From: Alphaproteobacteria bacterium
Lineage (GTDB): Bacteria > Pseudomonadota > Alphaproteobacteria > GCA-2731375
Assembly: GCA_021776235.1 (NCBI GenBank)
Contig: JAJFGG010000051.1
Coordinates: forward strand, 25,618 to 89,617
Reading direction: 5' to 3'
DNA: 64,000 nucleotides
Part shown: one piece after another, positions 1 to 10,265 of the stretch
Position numbering within the stretch: the stretch's first letter is position 1
Layout of the letters: the number at the start of each line of letters is the position of its first letter
Translations under genes and position numbers: made by a program
Notes under the pieces: model-generated
Told to the model about the DNA's origin: nothing
The model's database searches: none
The model's input: the letters and a program-made list of their open reading frames with translations, nothing else

Positions 1-258
1 CCGGAAGCCTCGACCCTGAAGATCAACGGCACCGAGGTGGAGCAGACCTTGAACGAGCTGATGATCGAGGCCATCGGCCATTATGCCGCCCCCTATCCGG
101 CCGACGCCCAGGATCCGGAGCGAAACGAGCCGCCCATAGGCCCGGCCCACGGTGTCGGCCTGATGCAGGAGCGTTTGTTGCGCCGGGCGGCGACTATTTA
201 TGGCGGCAGCAACGAAATTCAACGCAATATCATCGCCAAGGCCGTACTGGAACTTTAG
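1..258 (+). CDS. acyl-CoA dehydrogenase, C-terminal fragment (5' end outside window)
   Basis: Frame is open from base 1. The tail ...IYGGSNEIQRNIIAKAVLEL is the typical acyl-CoA dehydrogenase C-terminus. Confidence 0.7.
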   Translation, partial: PEASTLKINGTEVEQTLNELMIEAIGHYAAPYPADAQDPERNEPPIGPAHGVGLMQERLLRRAATIYGGSNEIQRNIIAKAVLEL

Positions 259-270
259 GGAGCACGCAGC

Positions 271-1215
271 ATGCGTTATGGATTTTATCTGCCCACGCGG
301 GGGCCGACGTCAGGGCCGGACGATCTGGCAACACTGGCGACAAGGGGCGAGGCACTGGGTTTCCATTCGGTGATGATCGCCGATCACATCATATTCCCAA
401 CCCGGATCGAGTCGAAATATCCCTACACCGTGACCGGCGCCTTTCCCGGCGAGGGCGATGCCCTGGAACAACTGACCCTGATGGCGTTTATCGCGGCCAA
501 GACCGAAAAACTGCGTCTGGTAACCTCGGTGATGATCCTGCCACACCGCAATCCGGTGGTGACCGCGAAGGTCCTGGCCACAATAGATGTGTTATCCAAG
601 GGCCGGGTCACGGTGGGCGTCGGGGTCGGTTGGATGGCGGAGGAATTCGCCGCCCTGAACGCCCCTGATTTCGCCAAACGCGGCGCCGTCAGCGATGAAT
701 ATCTTGAGATCTTCGCCAAACTCTGGTCCGGCGGGCCGGTCAGCCATCAGGGTGAATTCTACCAGTTCGATGAAGTCCGCTGCGAGCCGATCCCCATCCA
801 GCGGCCCGGGCCGCCAATCTGGATCGGCGGCCACAGCCGCCCCGCGCTGCGCCGTGCCGCCCGCCATGGCGATGGCTGGCACCCGGTCGGCGCCAACGCC
901 GCCGTCCCTCTGCCGGCGGATGAACTGGCGGTCAAGATATCGGAGCTAAAGCAACTGACCGTGGCCGAGGGCCGGGATTTCGACGCCATGACGCTGTCTT
1001 TCAAAGCGCCCCTGTACGACGCGGCGGTGGCCCAGCCCGATGGGGCCCGCCGCCCCTTTACGGGGACCAACGATCAGGTGATCGAGGACATTCACACCTA
1101 TGCCAATCTGGGCATCGCAGAACTGATCTTCGACATCCGTTCGCCGACACTGGCCGAAAGCCTGGAACGCATGGAACATTTTGCCACCGACATCATGGCG
1201 CCCGCCGGAGTCTAG
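271..1215 (+). CDS. LLM-class (luciferase-like) flavin/F420-dependent oxidoreductase
   Basis: 314 aa. N-terminus MRYGFYLPTRGP...LGFHSVMIADHIIFP, then VGVGVGW and WIGGHS motifs typical of luciferase-like monooxygenase family proteins. Confidence 0.8.
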   Translation: MRYGFYLPTRGPTSGPDDLATLATRGEALGFHSVMIADHIIFPTRIESKYPYTVTGAFPGEGDALEQLTLMAFIAAKTEKLRLVTSVMILPHRNPVVTAKVLATIDVLSKGRVTVGVGVGWMAEEFAALNAPDFAKRGAVSDEYLEIFAKLWSGGPVSHQGEFYQFDEVRCEPIPIQRPGPPIWIGGHSRPALRRAARHGDGWHPVGANAAVPLPADELAVKISELKQLTVAEGRDFDAMTLSFKAPLYDAAVAQPDGARRPFTGTNDQVIEDIHTYANLGIAELIFDIRSPTLAESLERMEHFATDIMAPAGV

Positions 1216-1822
1216 AGAGCATCGAGTAAACTGGCGCAATGACGCCAGACCGGTCGTGCGGTCCACGTGATCGGGCCGTGCAAGTATATATGCGGGACGG
1301 CATGCCCGTGGATCCGCCGGTGAAAGGCCTCGAGAGCTATCGCGCCTTCTTCAACGAACTCTATCAGACTGCCGAGGGGCCTGGTGGCCCGCCATGGACA
1401 CGCCTTGGCTTTACCTATGACCGGAATCCGCAAACCCCAATATACGGCGCCAGCAAATACATCGTCACACCGGACGCGCCCTCCACGGTCGCCAGCGCAA
1501 CATCGATCGCGGCATACTGCAATCCGTAGAGCGCACAGCGCCCGGCGATGACATAAGGCGCCTGAATACGCCGCTCCCTATTATAGAAAAGCGTCCGAAT
1601 CCGGCGGACGGAATTGCCGCCCGGCCTGCACCGATGCAACGGTCCTATGACCAAGCCGGACCACGCCCGCCGTTAAAGCAATGGCCACATTTTTGCCATT
1701 AACGGCCATGGAATTGCCCAACTGCTTGCATGTGATTGCCACAGTCTCGGAACATCCTGTCACCATCAAAGACCGGGCTGCCGCCATTGCCCGCAACGGC
1801 TGCGCTACAGAGAGACAAATAA

Positions 1823-2452
1823 ATGATCAAAAAGCTCATCGCGAAGAAGCAGGACAAAGTCCCGGCCGACAAAAGCGTGCAACGGGAAACGAACGGCATT
1901 CCGGCGACGGCCAAGAACCATGGACGCGCGACGGTGTTGGAACGCAACCCCGAATATCACGTTGACCGCCTGCACGATATGATGGCCGCGCAGCCCCCTT
2001 CAGCCCAACCACGGACAACGGATATTGCCCAGCGATCGGTCCTCGTTGGTCCGGGCGTCGAATTCGACGGCACGATCAGACATTGTGACGAGGTGGTCAT
2101 CGAAGGAACGGTGACCGCCGACATCACGGCTGCCTATCTTCTCATCCGCGAGGCCGGCTTATTTTCAGGCAGTGCCGAAGTTGGGAAAGCCGAAATCCAT
2201 GGTCATTACGACGGAACCCTCACCGCCAGTGCAAAACTGCTGATCCATGAAACCGGCAGGGTTGCCGGCGACATCAACTACGCCCAGCTGGAGATTAACT
2301 CGGGTGGCGTTCTGACCGGCAACGTCAGCCTGGTGACCGACACCGAGGAGATACAACGCCTCGATCAACACCTCGAACGACCCGGCGGGCAGCGACAAGG
2401 GGCGAAAACAGCCGCCGCGGACAAGCATCCCGACTTACAGGAGACTACCTGA
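1823..2452 (+). CDS. bactofilin (polymer-forming cytoskeletal protein) with a Lys/Pro-rich N-terminal extension
   Basis: Repetitive beta-helix-like core VEFDGTIRHCDEVVIEGTVTADI...AEIHGHYDGTL...RVAGDINYAQLEINSGGVLTGNV. The stop overlaps the next start (TGATG at 2450-2454). Confidence 0.8.
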   Translation: MIKKLIAKKQDKVPADKSVQRETNGIPATAKNHGRATVLERNPEYHVDRLHDMMAAQPPSAQPRTTDIAQRSVLVGPGVEFDGTIRHCDEVVIEGTVTADITAAYLLIREAGLFSGSAEVGKAEIHGHYDGTLTASAKLLIHETGRVAGDINYAQLEINSGGVLTGNVSLVTDTEEIQRLDQHLERPGGQRQGAKTAAADKHPDLQETT

Positions 2453-3276
2453 TGAAATATTTTCTCGCAGCCGGCACGATTTGCCTGCCGCTTGTCCTCG
2501 CTTCTATTACGGCACATGGGAGCGAAGCGGGCGAATACAATACGGCCTTCACAGGGGAGCATTTTGACCATCTCGCCCAAGATGATTTCGTCGGTTACCA
2601 GGCCCTTCGGGCGGCGCTTAATCCTTCCTCCAAGCCTTCCAATCCGGTCAAAGGCGCATACGAGGCGACGGAACGCGATACCTATGGACATGCCTGGATC
2701 TATTTGCGCGCTCTTGGAGATCACGATCGCCAGTCACCGCGCCGGCGGACAAGCGAAAGGGCATATGCCTGCTATCTGACGGCCCGGCGCAACGCCATGG
2801 CAACCGTCGTTTCGGAAGGCCGGGATGCGACCGGTGCCTGGCTTAAACTGGCTGATCATTGCGCAGCCGGTCTACGGACCAGCCTGGTAAAGTGGGCCAA
2901 AGGCAACGCTGTGCCGTTGCTTCGGGAGGACCTTCAGGGGGCCGAGCCATACCGCATGTTCTTTCCGTTCGACACCGCCAGAATTACCGCAATCAGCGAT
3001 GGCATCATCCGTTACATCGCCGCATTCGAGAGGCCGGATAGAGCAGCCAGCATGGTCGTTGCCGGCCACGCCGACCGTTCCGGTGATGAAGACTACAATT
3101 TAAGCCTATCGAGAAAGCGGGCAGACGCAGTGACAACCAATTTCGCTGGGCATTTGCGGAAGGCCCCCGCCCTTCGCATTCACACGGCAGGGGAAACCAG
3201 ACCTCTTGCCGCAACACCTGATGGCGTTCGGCATCCCCGCAACAGGCGCGTCGAGATCATATTCGGCCGGCTATGA
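2452..3276 (+). CDS. OmpA-family periplasmic protein (signal peptide, unknown N-domain, C-terminal OmpA-like peptidoglycan-binding domain)
   Basis: Signal peptide MKYFLAAGTICLPLVLASITAHG. C-terminal GHADRSGDEDYNLSLSRKRADAV...NRRVEII motif. SD CAGGAG at 2438-2443. Confidence 0.8.
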   Translation: MKYFLAAGTICLPLVLASITAHGSEAGEYNTAFTGEHFDHLAQDDFVGYQALRAALNPSSKPSNPVKGAYEATERDTYGHAWIYLRALGDHDRQSPRRRTSERAYACYLTARRNAMATVVSEGRDATGAWLKLADHCAAGLRTSLVKWAKGNAVPLLREDLQGAEPYRMFFPFDTARITAISDGIIRYIAAFERPDRAASMVVAGHADRSGDEDYNLSLSRKRADAVTTNFAGHLRKAPALRIHTAGETRPLAATPDGVRHPRNRRVEIIFGRL

Positions 3277-3359
3277 CGACATCCAGTTGCGGCAATTTAT
3301 TTTCTGGTTTGAGCCGGGCATACCATCATGCCGCGCTTCGTAATGTCATATTGCCAGCG

Positions 3360-4454
3360 CTATTTTCTTGACTGGTTTCCATATGAGATGCGCCAAATCA
3401 GGTGGCCATGATTATCTGAAACCAACAATGAACCGTCAGGCAATTCGGCGATATCAACTGGGCGTCCCAGTTTCGATCCCGCGTTCAACCAACCTTCAAT
3501 GAATGGTTCATGGCTGACGGCAGTACCGTTCTGATCAAAGCGGACCCGCACCACCCGATAGCCGGCCGGAGTTGAGCGGTTCCAGCTGCCGTGTTGGGCC
3601 ACAAAGGCGTCATGTTGATATTCCGGCGGGAACATGGACCCACGATAAAAATGGATACCGAGGGGCGCAACATGAGCGCCGAACGCGATGACTGGAGCGC
3701 TCAGCTTCCGGTCAGGCAAGGGACGGCGGGCAAATTGCGGCGTACGGTCCTGGCCGCCGCCGAACCAGGGAAAGCCGAAATGCTGGCCCGCGTTTTCAAG
3801 CTGGTTTAGCTCATCCGGCGGACTGTCGTCGCCCATATTGTCGGCGCCGTTATCGGTGAAAAACAATTGTCCGGTTTTTGGATGGAAGGCCAGCCCAACC
3901 GCATTGCGCACACCCATAGCTACCTTCTCGGGCTTTCCGCCACCTGGCGAGAGCGCAATGATCGTCCCTTCGAGACCCTTTGGGGCGCAGACATTACAAG
4001 GCGCACCAATTGAAATATACATTCGACCATCCGGCCCAAACGTCGCGTAACGCCAGCCATGATGCGATTTATCGGGCAGCCCATCGAATACAACCTGTAT
4101 GTCTTTGCTGCCATCCGTTGATACGCGGATAACCTGGTGTTGTTCCGCGACATAGAGAAATCCGCCCCGATAGGCCAGGCCGTTGGCGGCCCTGAGACCG
4201 GCGAGAAAAACATCCGTTTTCCGGGTTCTCAAATCAATGGAAAAAACCTTGCTGCCGCGGGTGCCAACGAAAACGGTCCCCATATCCGCCGCGACCTCAA
4301 GTGAGCGGGCGCCCGGTACATGGGCAAAAATCTCGGCCTGAAAACCCCTGGGCAGGCGAAGTTCCTGAAGGGTTCTTTCAGGCGAGGCGCCGGCCGAAAT
4401 GGAGGCACCAATCAATGCCAGAGACAGAAGCAGGATTCGGTATTTCATTCTCAC
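3360..4454 (-). CDS. PQQ-dependent sugar (glucose/sorbosone) dehydrogenase family protein, secreted
   Basis: 364 aa with a signal peptide. Beta-propeller-type sequence, with FTDNGADNMGDDSPPDELN and GFPW motifs typical of soluble sorbosone/glucose dehydrogenases. Confidence 0.75.
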   Translation of the reverse strand: MRMKYRILLLSLALIGASISAGASPERTLQELRLPRGFQAEIFAHVPGARSLEVAADMGTVFVGTRGSKVFSIDLRTRKTDVFLAGLRAANGLAYRGGFLYVAEQHQVIRVSTDGSKDIQVVFDGLPDKSHHGWRYATFGPDGRMYISIGAPCNVCAPKGLEGTIIALSPGGGKPEKVAMGVRNAVGLAFHPKTGQLFFTDNGADNMGDDSPPDELNQLENAGQHFGFPWFGGGQDRTPQFARRPLPDRKLSAPVIAFGAHVAPLGIHFYRGSMFPPEYQHDAFVAQHGSWNRSTPAGYRVVRVRFDQNGTAVSHEPFIEGWLNAGSKLGRPVDIAELPDGSLLVSDNHGHLIWRISYGNQSRK

Positions 4455-4598
4455 TTTTTACCATGTGGACAGCCCGGAATAGGCCAGTGAATATTTTGTG
4501 TTGCTGACGTTATCGGCAACGGCCCGACCCCGAGCGTATCCCCGTTGCAAGCCGTCCGCCTAAACCGGGCAGGTGCTCACCACAATTTTCGGGTCCCG

Positions 4599-5045
4599 TC
4601 AGGCGCCCAACTCACCTTTCTGCAACAGGCGGCAGCCATTGATGCGCCAAGCTCCTGTCTTATCCTTGACCATGGTATAGACCGCCAGCGCCTTGTGTCC
4701 ATCTGTCCCGGTAAATATGACCAGTTGAACCAACTTTCCGTTTACAAGGGTCAGCTCGCCGAAATCCGCCCGGCGGTGGCGATAAACCTGTGGGTAACCG
4801 GTCCGCACCATGGCCAGGAATGTCGCCGGGTTTCTAAAAAGCTCCTGGATCATCGGCGAAGCGAAGGCAAAAGCCGCGCCGGCATCATCGCGCAAAAATG
4901 CGCTCAATTGCCGCTTTATGACGGTCTGAACATTGGTCTGTTCCGACGCTGGAGGCCGGTCCGCTGCCTGCGCGCCAATGCCCGAAATCATCAAGAGAAC
5001 CACAAATGCCGCCAGCAACGGCAAGCGCCAGGAATGAATTCTCAT
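4599..5045 (-). CDS. DUF4864-domain secreted protein
   Basis: Signal peptide MRIHSWRLPLLAAFVVLLMISGIGAQA. Pattern IKRQLSAFLRDDAGAAFAFASP...FLAMVRTGYPQVYR...WRINGC. The ORF extends to 5099, but the ATG at 5045 has an AAGGGG SD. Confidence 0.65.
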   Translation of the reverse strand: MRIHSWRLPLLAAFVVLLMISGIGAQAADRPPASEQTNVQTVIKRQLSAFLRDDAGAAFAFASPMIQELFRNPATFLAMVRTGYPQVYRHRRADFGELTLVNGKLVQLVIFTGTDGHKALAVYTMVKDKTGAWRINGCRLLQKGELGA

Positions 5046-5366
5046 GACCAACCCCTTCATGTCACGAATCTGCGGCGCAATTTTGTGACGTGGCATCATT
5101 CAGGGGCCAGGATCCGATTGCGCTGCGTTGGTTGCCCTCCGGGATTAACTTTGGTGGTCTAACGAAGAGAGCTGCGATTTAACAGTATGGGGGACTTGAG
5201 CCCTCTCTGAAAGCGATATCGGTCCTGGTCGGTACGCCGCGGGCCAGGTTCTGAATTACGTTGACATAATGGGATGGCTCGAGACAAAAGGGGCCGATAA
5301 TGGAGAGCAATCATCTCCTTTGCACAGTTGCGTTTGGCAGCACCATGGCTCTCCGGAGATGAACCG

Positions 5367-5756
5367 ATGCCCATGTCCTATCGGATCGACAAAACCCAGA
5401 ATGTCGTCTTCATGGAGGGCAACGGCACCCTCACCGATGAAGATATGGTCGATTGTATCCGCCGGCTGCGGGAAGATGCGGACCTTGAAGCCAACATGAT
5501 GACGTTATCCGACATGCGGCCGGTGGAGCGTTTAGCCATCACCACGAGCGGTATTGAAACAATGATTGGTCTGATGAAGGCGACCGGCGCCAGTCGAGGC
5601 GAGGCAAAGGCGGCGATTGTGGCGGCGGAAGACGTACAATTCGGCATGGCACGAATGTTTCAGAGCAAGGCCGAGGACACGGTCAACCCGCAAGTTCAGG
5701 TATTTCGTGATATCGCGGCAGCAAGGATCTGGATCGGCCTGGCGCCGGAAGGTTGA
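5367..5756 (+). CDS. hypothetical protein (possibly STAS/SpoIIAA-like fold)
   Basis: Protein-like composition. GGAGA SD lies 9 nt upstream of the ATG at 5367. No confident family assignment. Confidence 0.45.
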   Translation: MPMSYRIDKTQNVVFMEGNGTLTDEDMVDCIRRLREDADLEANMMTLSDMRPVERLAITTSGIETMIGLMKATGASRGEAKAAIVAAEDVQFGMARMFQSKAEDTVNPQVQVFRDIAAARIWIGLAPEG

Positions 5757-5843
5757 TGGCTTGAGCAGAGGCGGACCAGATAAGAACGACGTCGGGTGAA
5801 TTCGTTTCAAACTGATCTGGGCAATATGATTTCCCCAGCGCGG

Positions 5844-6236
5844 TCAGGCAGTTGGCGGCCAAATTCCCTGGACCGGCAGAGCCTCTTCAGTATCCGGCCA
5901 GGGTGGCATGGTCACGGCCACGGCCGCGAGTGGCTGGCCGCCGAGGGCGCGAAACTGGAAATGCGTGCCCAAGGGAATGGTCAGGCAGACGCCCGCCTCA
6001 ACCGGTACAACGTCTTCCCTTTGCCCCTGCTTGCGCCACATTTCCCCCTGGCCGCCAAGACAGAACCAGATCTCCTCGACCGTTCTGTGCGTGACCGCGC
6101 GTGAGGTCTCGCCCGGGGCCAATTCAAAATGAGCCATGCCGCCCCCTGCAAGGCCCAGCAGCACCCGCACATCGGAGCCGTCGGGCGCAACCACATCCCG
6201 GTCCACCGGCAGCCGCATGGTATCGAATTCGCGCAT
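5844..6236 (-). CDS. cupin domain-containing protein
   Basis: HFELAPGETS..H...EEIWFCLGGQGEMW...AGVCLTIPLGTHFQFR is a two-motif cupin pattern. The ORF runs to 6281, but the ATG at 6236 has a GAGG SD. Confidence 0.7.
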   Translation of the reverse strand: MREFDTMRLPVDRDVVAPDGSDVRVLLGLAGGGMAHFELAPGETSRAVTHRTVEEIWFCLGGQGEMWRKQGQREDVVPVEAGVCLTIPLGTHFQFRALGGQPLAAVAVTMPPWPDTEEALPVQGIWPPTA

Positions 6237-6421
6237 GGCATACCTCGCTCTTAACAGTCCTGAATGATCCAAATTCCGCATCGGACGTGGTTACGTCCCC
6301 CTGCAGCGACTTTGCCAATATAGGGCGGAACTATCAATTATTCTGATTGCACGGCGGGACTGGATAATTTGCGGACCGTCCGCCAATATCCGGCAATTGT
6401 ACAAGGGGTATTTGGGAAAGA

Positions 6422-7390
6422 GTGATGAGCAAAAAAACCGTTCTATTGATACCGCGTAAACTTTCGAAGAATAGCGAGGCCCGCGCGGCTGAAGACTACG
6501 ATGTGCGCCTGAATCCGGAGGACAGGTTGTATTCACCCGAAGAGCTTCTGGAGAAATGCCAGGGAGTGGATGCCATACTGCCCTGCCATTCCGAGCTTTT
6601 CACCTCTGATCTTGTTTCCAGACTGCCTGATCGCGTCAAGATAATCGCCAACCATTCCGTGGGTGTAGATCATTGTGATCTCGCAGCATTACAGGCGAGA
6701 GGGATCGTCGTCACCAATACGCCGGAGGTGCTTTCCGACGCGACGGCCGAGATCGCGATGCTGTTGCTATTGGGCGCGGCGCGGCGGGCCAGTGAAGGCG
6801 ATGGCATGGTCCGCACGGGGAAATGGGCCCACTGGAGTCCATCATTCATGGTGGGGACGCAGGTTACGAGCAAACGGATCGGCATCGTCGGGATGGGGCG
6901 GGTCGGCCAGGTTATGGCCAGACGCGCCCGCGGCTTTGATATGGAAGTCCATTACAATAACCGCAACCGCCTGCCGCCTGATCTGGAACAGGGGGCGATT
7001 TATCATGAAGACGTCGATAAGCTGCTGGCCGTATCGGATTTTCTGTCCCTGCATTGTCCGGCGACCCCGGAAACGACCGGCCTTCTCTCCGAGGAGAAAT
7101 TAAAATTGCTGCCGGACGGGGCTATTGTTGTCAATACGGCGCGCGGCGCCTTGATTGATGAAGCAGCCCTGATCGCGGCCTTGCGCTCCGGAAAAATCTC
7201 CGCTGCCGGCCTCGATGTTTTTGCCCATGAACCAGGCGGCAACCCGGAGTTTGCTTCGCTCAGCAACATCTTCATGCTGCCACACATCGGCAGCGCCACC
7301 TTCGAGACCCGCGACGCCATGGGCTTTCGCGCCCTCGATAATCTGGACGCCTTCTTTTCCGGCAAAGAGCCACGTGACCGGGTCGCGTAG
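6422..7390 (+). CDS. D-isomer-specific 2-hydroxyacid dehydrogenase (glyoxylate/hydroxypyruvate reductase-like)
   Basis: NAD-binding GIVGMGRVGQVMARRA. Catalytic-region motifs LSLHCPATPET, VNTARG.LID and MLPHIGSAT. Confidence 0.85.
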   Translation: MMSKKTVLLIPRKLSKNSEARAAEDYDVRLNPEDRLYSPEELLEKCQGVDAILPCHSELFTSDLVSRLPDRVKIIANHSVGVDHCDLAALQARGIVVTNTPEVLSDATAEIAMLLLLGAARRASEGDGMVRTGKWAHWSPSFMVGTQVTSKRIGIVGMGRVGQVMARRARGFDMEVHYNNRNRLPPDLEQGAIYHEDVDKLLAVSDFLSLHCPATPETTGLLSEEKLKLLPDGAIVVNTARGALIDEAALIAALRSGKISAAGLDVFAHEPGGNPEFASLSNIFMLPHIGSATFETRDAMGFRALDNLDAFFSGKEPRDRVA

Positions 7391-7431
7391 GACCGGCCCA
7401 TAGGATAGGCGCAAATGGAAAGGCGCCGCCC

Positions 7432-9060
7432 CTACGCCTCCGCCCGCAGTTCGACCCGGCGGATCTTGCCCGAGATGGTCTTGGGCAGGGCTTCGCGGTA
7501 TTCGATTTCGCGCGGGTATTTGTAGGGCGCGGTCAGGTTCTTGACGAAATCCTGAATCTCCACCGTCAACTCATTCGAGCCCTCGTAACCGGCGGCCAGA
7601 ATTACGTAGGCCTTCACAATCTCGCCGCGCAGCTCGTCCGGCTTGCCGACCACCGCGGATTCCGCCACCGCCGGGTGTTCCACCAGGGCGCTCTCCACTT
7701 CAAAGGGAGAGATCCGGTAGCCGGCCGAGGAAATAATGTCGTCGGAGCGGCCAACGAACCAGATGTAGCCGTCCGCATCCCGGGTCGCCGTATCGCCGGT
7801 GTAATACCAGCCGTTCCGGAAGGATTTTGCCGTTGCCTCGTCGTCACGGAAATAGCCATGGAACAGGCCGGGCGGATGGGGGTCGGTGACTTTCACCGCA
7901 ATATGGCCCACGGTATCGTCGTCGACGATATTGCCGTCGTCGTCGATGATGCCGATATCGATGCCCGGCACCGGCTTGCCCATGGAGCCGGGGCGGATTT
8001 CCATGCCCGGATAGTTGGCCACGATATTGACCGTCTCGGTCTGGCCATAGCCATCGTGAATATCGCAGCCCGTGGCCGCCTTCCAGGACCGCATGGCCTC
8101 GGGGTTCAGGGGTTCGCCGGCACCGATGCAATGGCGGATGGAGCTGAGGTCATAGGGCGAGACATCCATCTGCGCGAACAGTCGGTAGACCGTCGGCGGG
8201 GCGCAAAACGTCGTGACCTTGAATTTTTCAATCAGCTTCAGGTGCATATCCGCATCGAAACCGGCGGCATCGTACAGCATGATCGCCGCACCGGCGATGA
8301 TCGGGGGAAAGATGATGCCCCAGGCTGCCTTGGCCCAGCCCGTATCGGTCAGGGTCCAATGAATGTCGTCCCGGCGCAGGCCCTGCCAGTAGTTGCAGGT
8401 GATGGTATGGGCCAGGCCATAGCTGTGGTCCCGGGCCACCATTTTCGGCATCGAGGTGGTGCCGGAGGTGAAATAGATCAACATCGGATCATCGCGGCTG
8501 GTGGGCGGCGCCATACTGCGGTCGAATTTGTCGGAGGCGGCGGCGCCGGCGCTTTCCTTGCAGGTCCAGCCGTCGCGTTCCTCGCCGATGATGATCAGAT
8601 GTTCCAGGCTCGGGCATTTGTCGCACACGGCCTCGACCTTTTCGGCATGCTCGGCGGTGACGATGACAATTTTCGCCCCCGAACGGTTCACCCGGTATTC
8701 AATATCGTGCGCGGTCAGCAAATTGGTGCCGGGCATGGCCACGACGCCGGTTTTCATGCAGCCGAACAGCACGTGATAGAAGGCCGGAATACGGGTGATC
8801 ATGACAAAGGCGAAATCACCCTTGGCCGCACCCAGATCCTTCAGCACATGGGCGAATTGGTTCGAACTGCGTTCCAGATCACCATAGCTGTGTTCTTCCG
8901 CGCTGGCGCCGTCATTGGCCACGGCGATCAGGGCCGTCTTGTCCGCCTCGGCTGCCTGTTTCGACAGCACATCGAAGGCGAAATTGAAATCGTCCGGTAT
9001 CTCCAACTTGAAGTCGGCCCGCGCCGCCTCGTAGTCGAATGTTCCCGCATCATTGCCCAT
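7432..9060 (-). CDS. AMP-dependent acyl-CoA synthetase (medium-chain acyl-CoA ligase-like)
   Basis: AMP-binding motif IYFTSGTTSMPK, then YGQTE, YYTGD and the C-terminal SGKIRR. The ORF extends to 9291, but the ATG at 9060 is preceded by GGGAGG. Confidence 0.85.
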   Translation of the reverse strand: MGNDAGTFDYEAARADFKLEIPDDFNFAFDVLSKQAAEADKTALIAVANDGASAEEHSYGDLERSSNQFAHVLKDLGAAKGDFAFVMITRIPAFYHVLFGCMKTGVVAMPGTNLLTAHDIEYRVNRSGAKIVIVTAEHAEKVEAVCDKCPSLEHLIIIGEERDGWTCKESAGAAASDKFDRSMAPPTSRDDPMLIYFTSGTTSMPKMVARDHSYGLAHTITCNYWQGLRRDDIHWTLTDTGWAKAAWGIIFPPIIAGAAIMLYDAAGFDADMHLKLIEKFKVTTFCAPPTVYRLFAQMDVSPYDLSSIRHCIGAGEPLNPEAMRSWKAATGCDIHDGYGQTETVNIVANYPGMEIRPGSMGKPVPGIDIGIIDDDGNIVDDDTVGHIAVKVTDPHPPGLFHGYFRDDEATAKSFRNGWYYTGDTATRDADGYIWFVGRSDDIISSAGYRISPFEVESALVEHPAVAESAVVGKPDELRGEIVKAYVILAAGYEGSNELTVEIQDFVKNLTAPYKYPREIEYREALPKTISGKIRRVELRAEA

Positions 9061-9221
9061 GAGCCAACACCTCCCGCCGGTAATAAATTCCGTTGCTGAC
9101 AGATTATACCAAGTTGCGCCGACGGAAACCCATCTTTCCCCTTGTCGAATGGCCCTGGGCGGTGAAAACTGGCGCCGGAAAATAGTCGCCGGCATTTTGT
9201 TCAATAAAAAGGGGGAGAGGC

Positions 9222-10256
9222 ATGAGCCCGACCAGTTCAGGAAGACCGACACGGCCCGGGGGGCGCTATCAACCAAAGCCGCTGCTGACACCGGGTGGTC
9301 AAATGCCGGGCCGGACCGGACCGCGCGCCGGCAGTGGCGGCAGCGGCGGCAAAAAGGAAATCCTTTGTGCCTTTGGCGTCGACGTGGATGCGGTCGCCGG
9401 CTGGCTGGGCTCGTACGGCGGTGAAGACAGCCCCTGTGATATTTCCCGTGGGCTGTTCTCGGGCGAGGTCGGGGTGCCGCGCCTGGTGAATTTGTTTGAC
9501 CGTTATGACCTTCCCACCACCTGGTTCATCCCCGGCCATTCCATCGAAACCTTTCCCGAGCAATGCAAGTTGGTGGTCGATGCGGGGCACGAAATCGGCA
9601 TGCACGGCTATTCCCACGAGAACCCCATCGCCATGACGCCGGAACAGGAAATCGCCGTGCTGGACAAATGTATCGATCTGATCGAGCGTTTGGCCGGGCG
9701 CCGGCCCACGGGTTATGTCGCGCCGTGGTGGGAGTTCAGTCCCGTGACCAACGAGTTGCTGTTACAACGCGGCATCAAATACGATCACAGCCTGATGAAC
9801 GACGATTTCCATCCCTTCTATGTTCGCGTGGGCGACAGCTGGACCCCGATTGACTATTCCAAACACCCGGACGAATGGATGACGCCCCTGGTCCGCGGCC
9901 AGGAAACCGATTTGATCGATATTCCCGGCAGCTGGTACCTGGATGATTTACCGCCGATGATGTTCATTAAATCGGCGCCGAACAGCTTCGGCTTCGTCAA
10001 TCCACGGGATATCGAAGAACTTTGGCGCGACCAGTTCGATTGGGTCTACCGCGAAAACGACTACGCCGTGTTCACCATGACCATCCATCCGGACGTTTCG
10101 GGACGGCCACAGGTGTTGTTGATGCTGGAGCGGATTATCGAATATCTCACCTCCCATGCCGGTGTGCGGTTTTGCACCTTTGATGAAATCGCCGACGATT
10201 TCCGCCAACGCTGCCCCCGCGAAGGCGCCTCCGCCAGCGCCGCGGCACCGGCATAG
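9222..10256 (+). CDS. polysaccharide deacetylase family protein (start uncertain; 9303 possible)
   Basis: NodB-type motifs [21 protein letters not shown] and [13 protein letters not shown]. The Gly/Pro/Arg-rich first ~30 codons may not be translated. Confidence 0.75.
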   Translation: MSPTSSGRPTRPGGRYQPKPLLTPGGQMPGRTGPRAGSGGSGGKKEILCAFGVDVDAVAGWLGSYGGEDSPCDISRGLFSGEVGVPRLVNLFDRYDLPTTWFIPGHSIETFPEQCKLVVDAGHEIGMHGYSHENPIAMTPEQEIAVLDKCIDLIERLAGRRPTGYVAPWWEFSPVTNELLLQRGIKYDHSLMNDDFHPFYVRVGDSWTPIDYSKHPDEWMTPLVRGQETDLIDIPGSWYLDDLPPMMFIKSAPNSFGFVNPRDIEELWRDQFDWVYRENDYAVFTMTIHPDVSGRPQVLLMLERIIEYLTSHAGVRFCTFDEIADDFRQRCPREGASASAAAPA

Positions 10257-10265
10257 TCCGGCGCC

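Noticed and set aside
7675-9099. 474-aa plus-strand ORF
   Set aside because: It is antisense to the acyl-CoA synthetase gene, which has clear AMP-binding motifs. Its composition is Gly/Arg/His-rich and it has no recognisable motifs.
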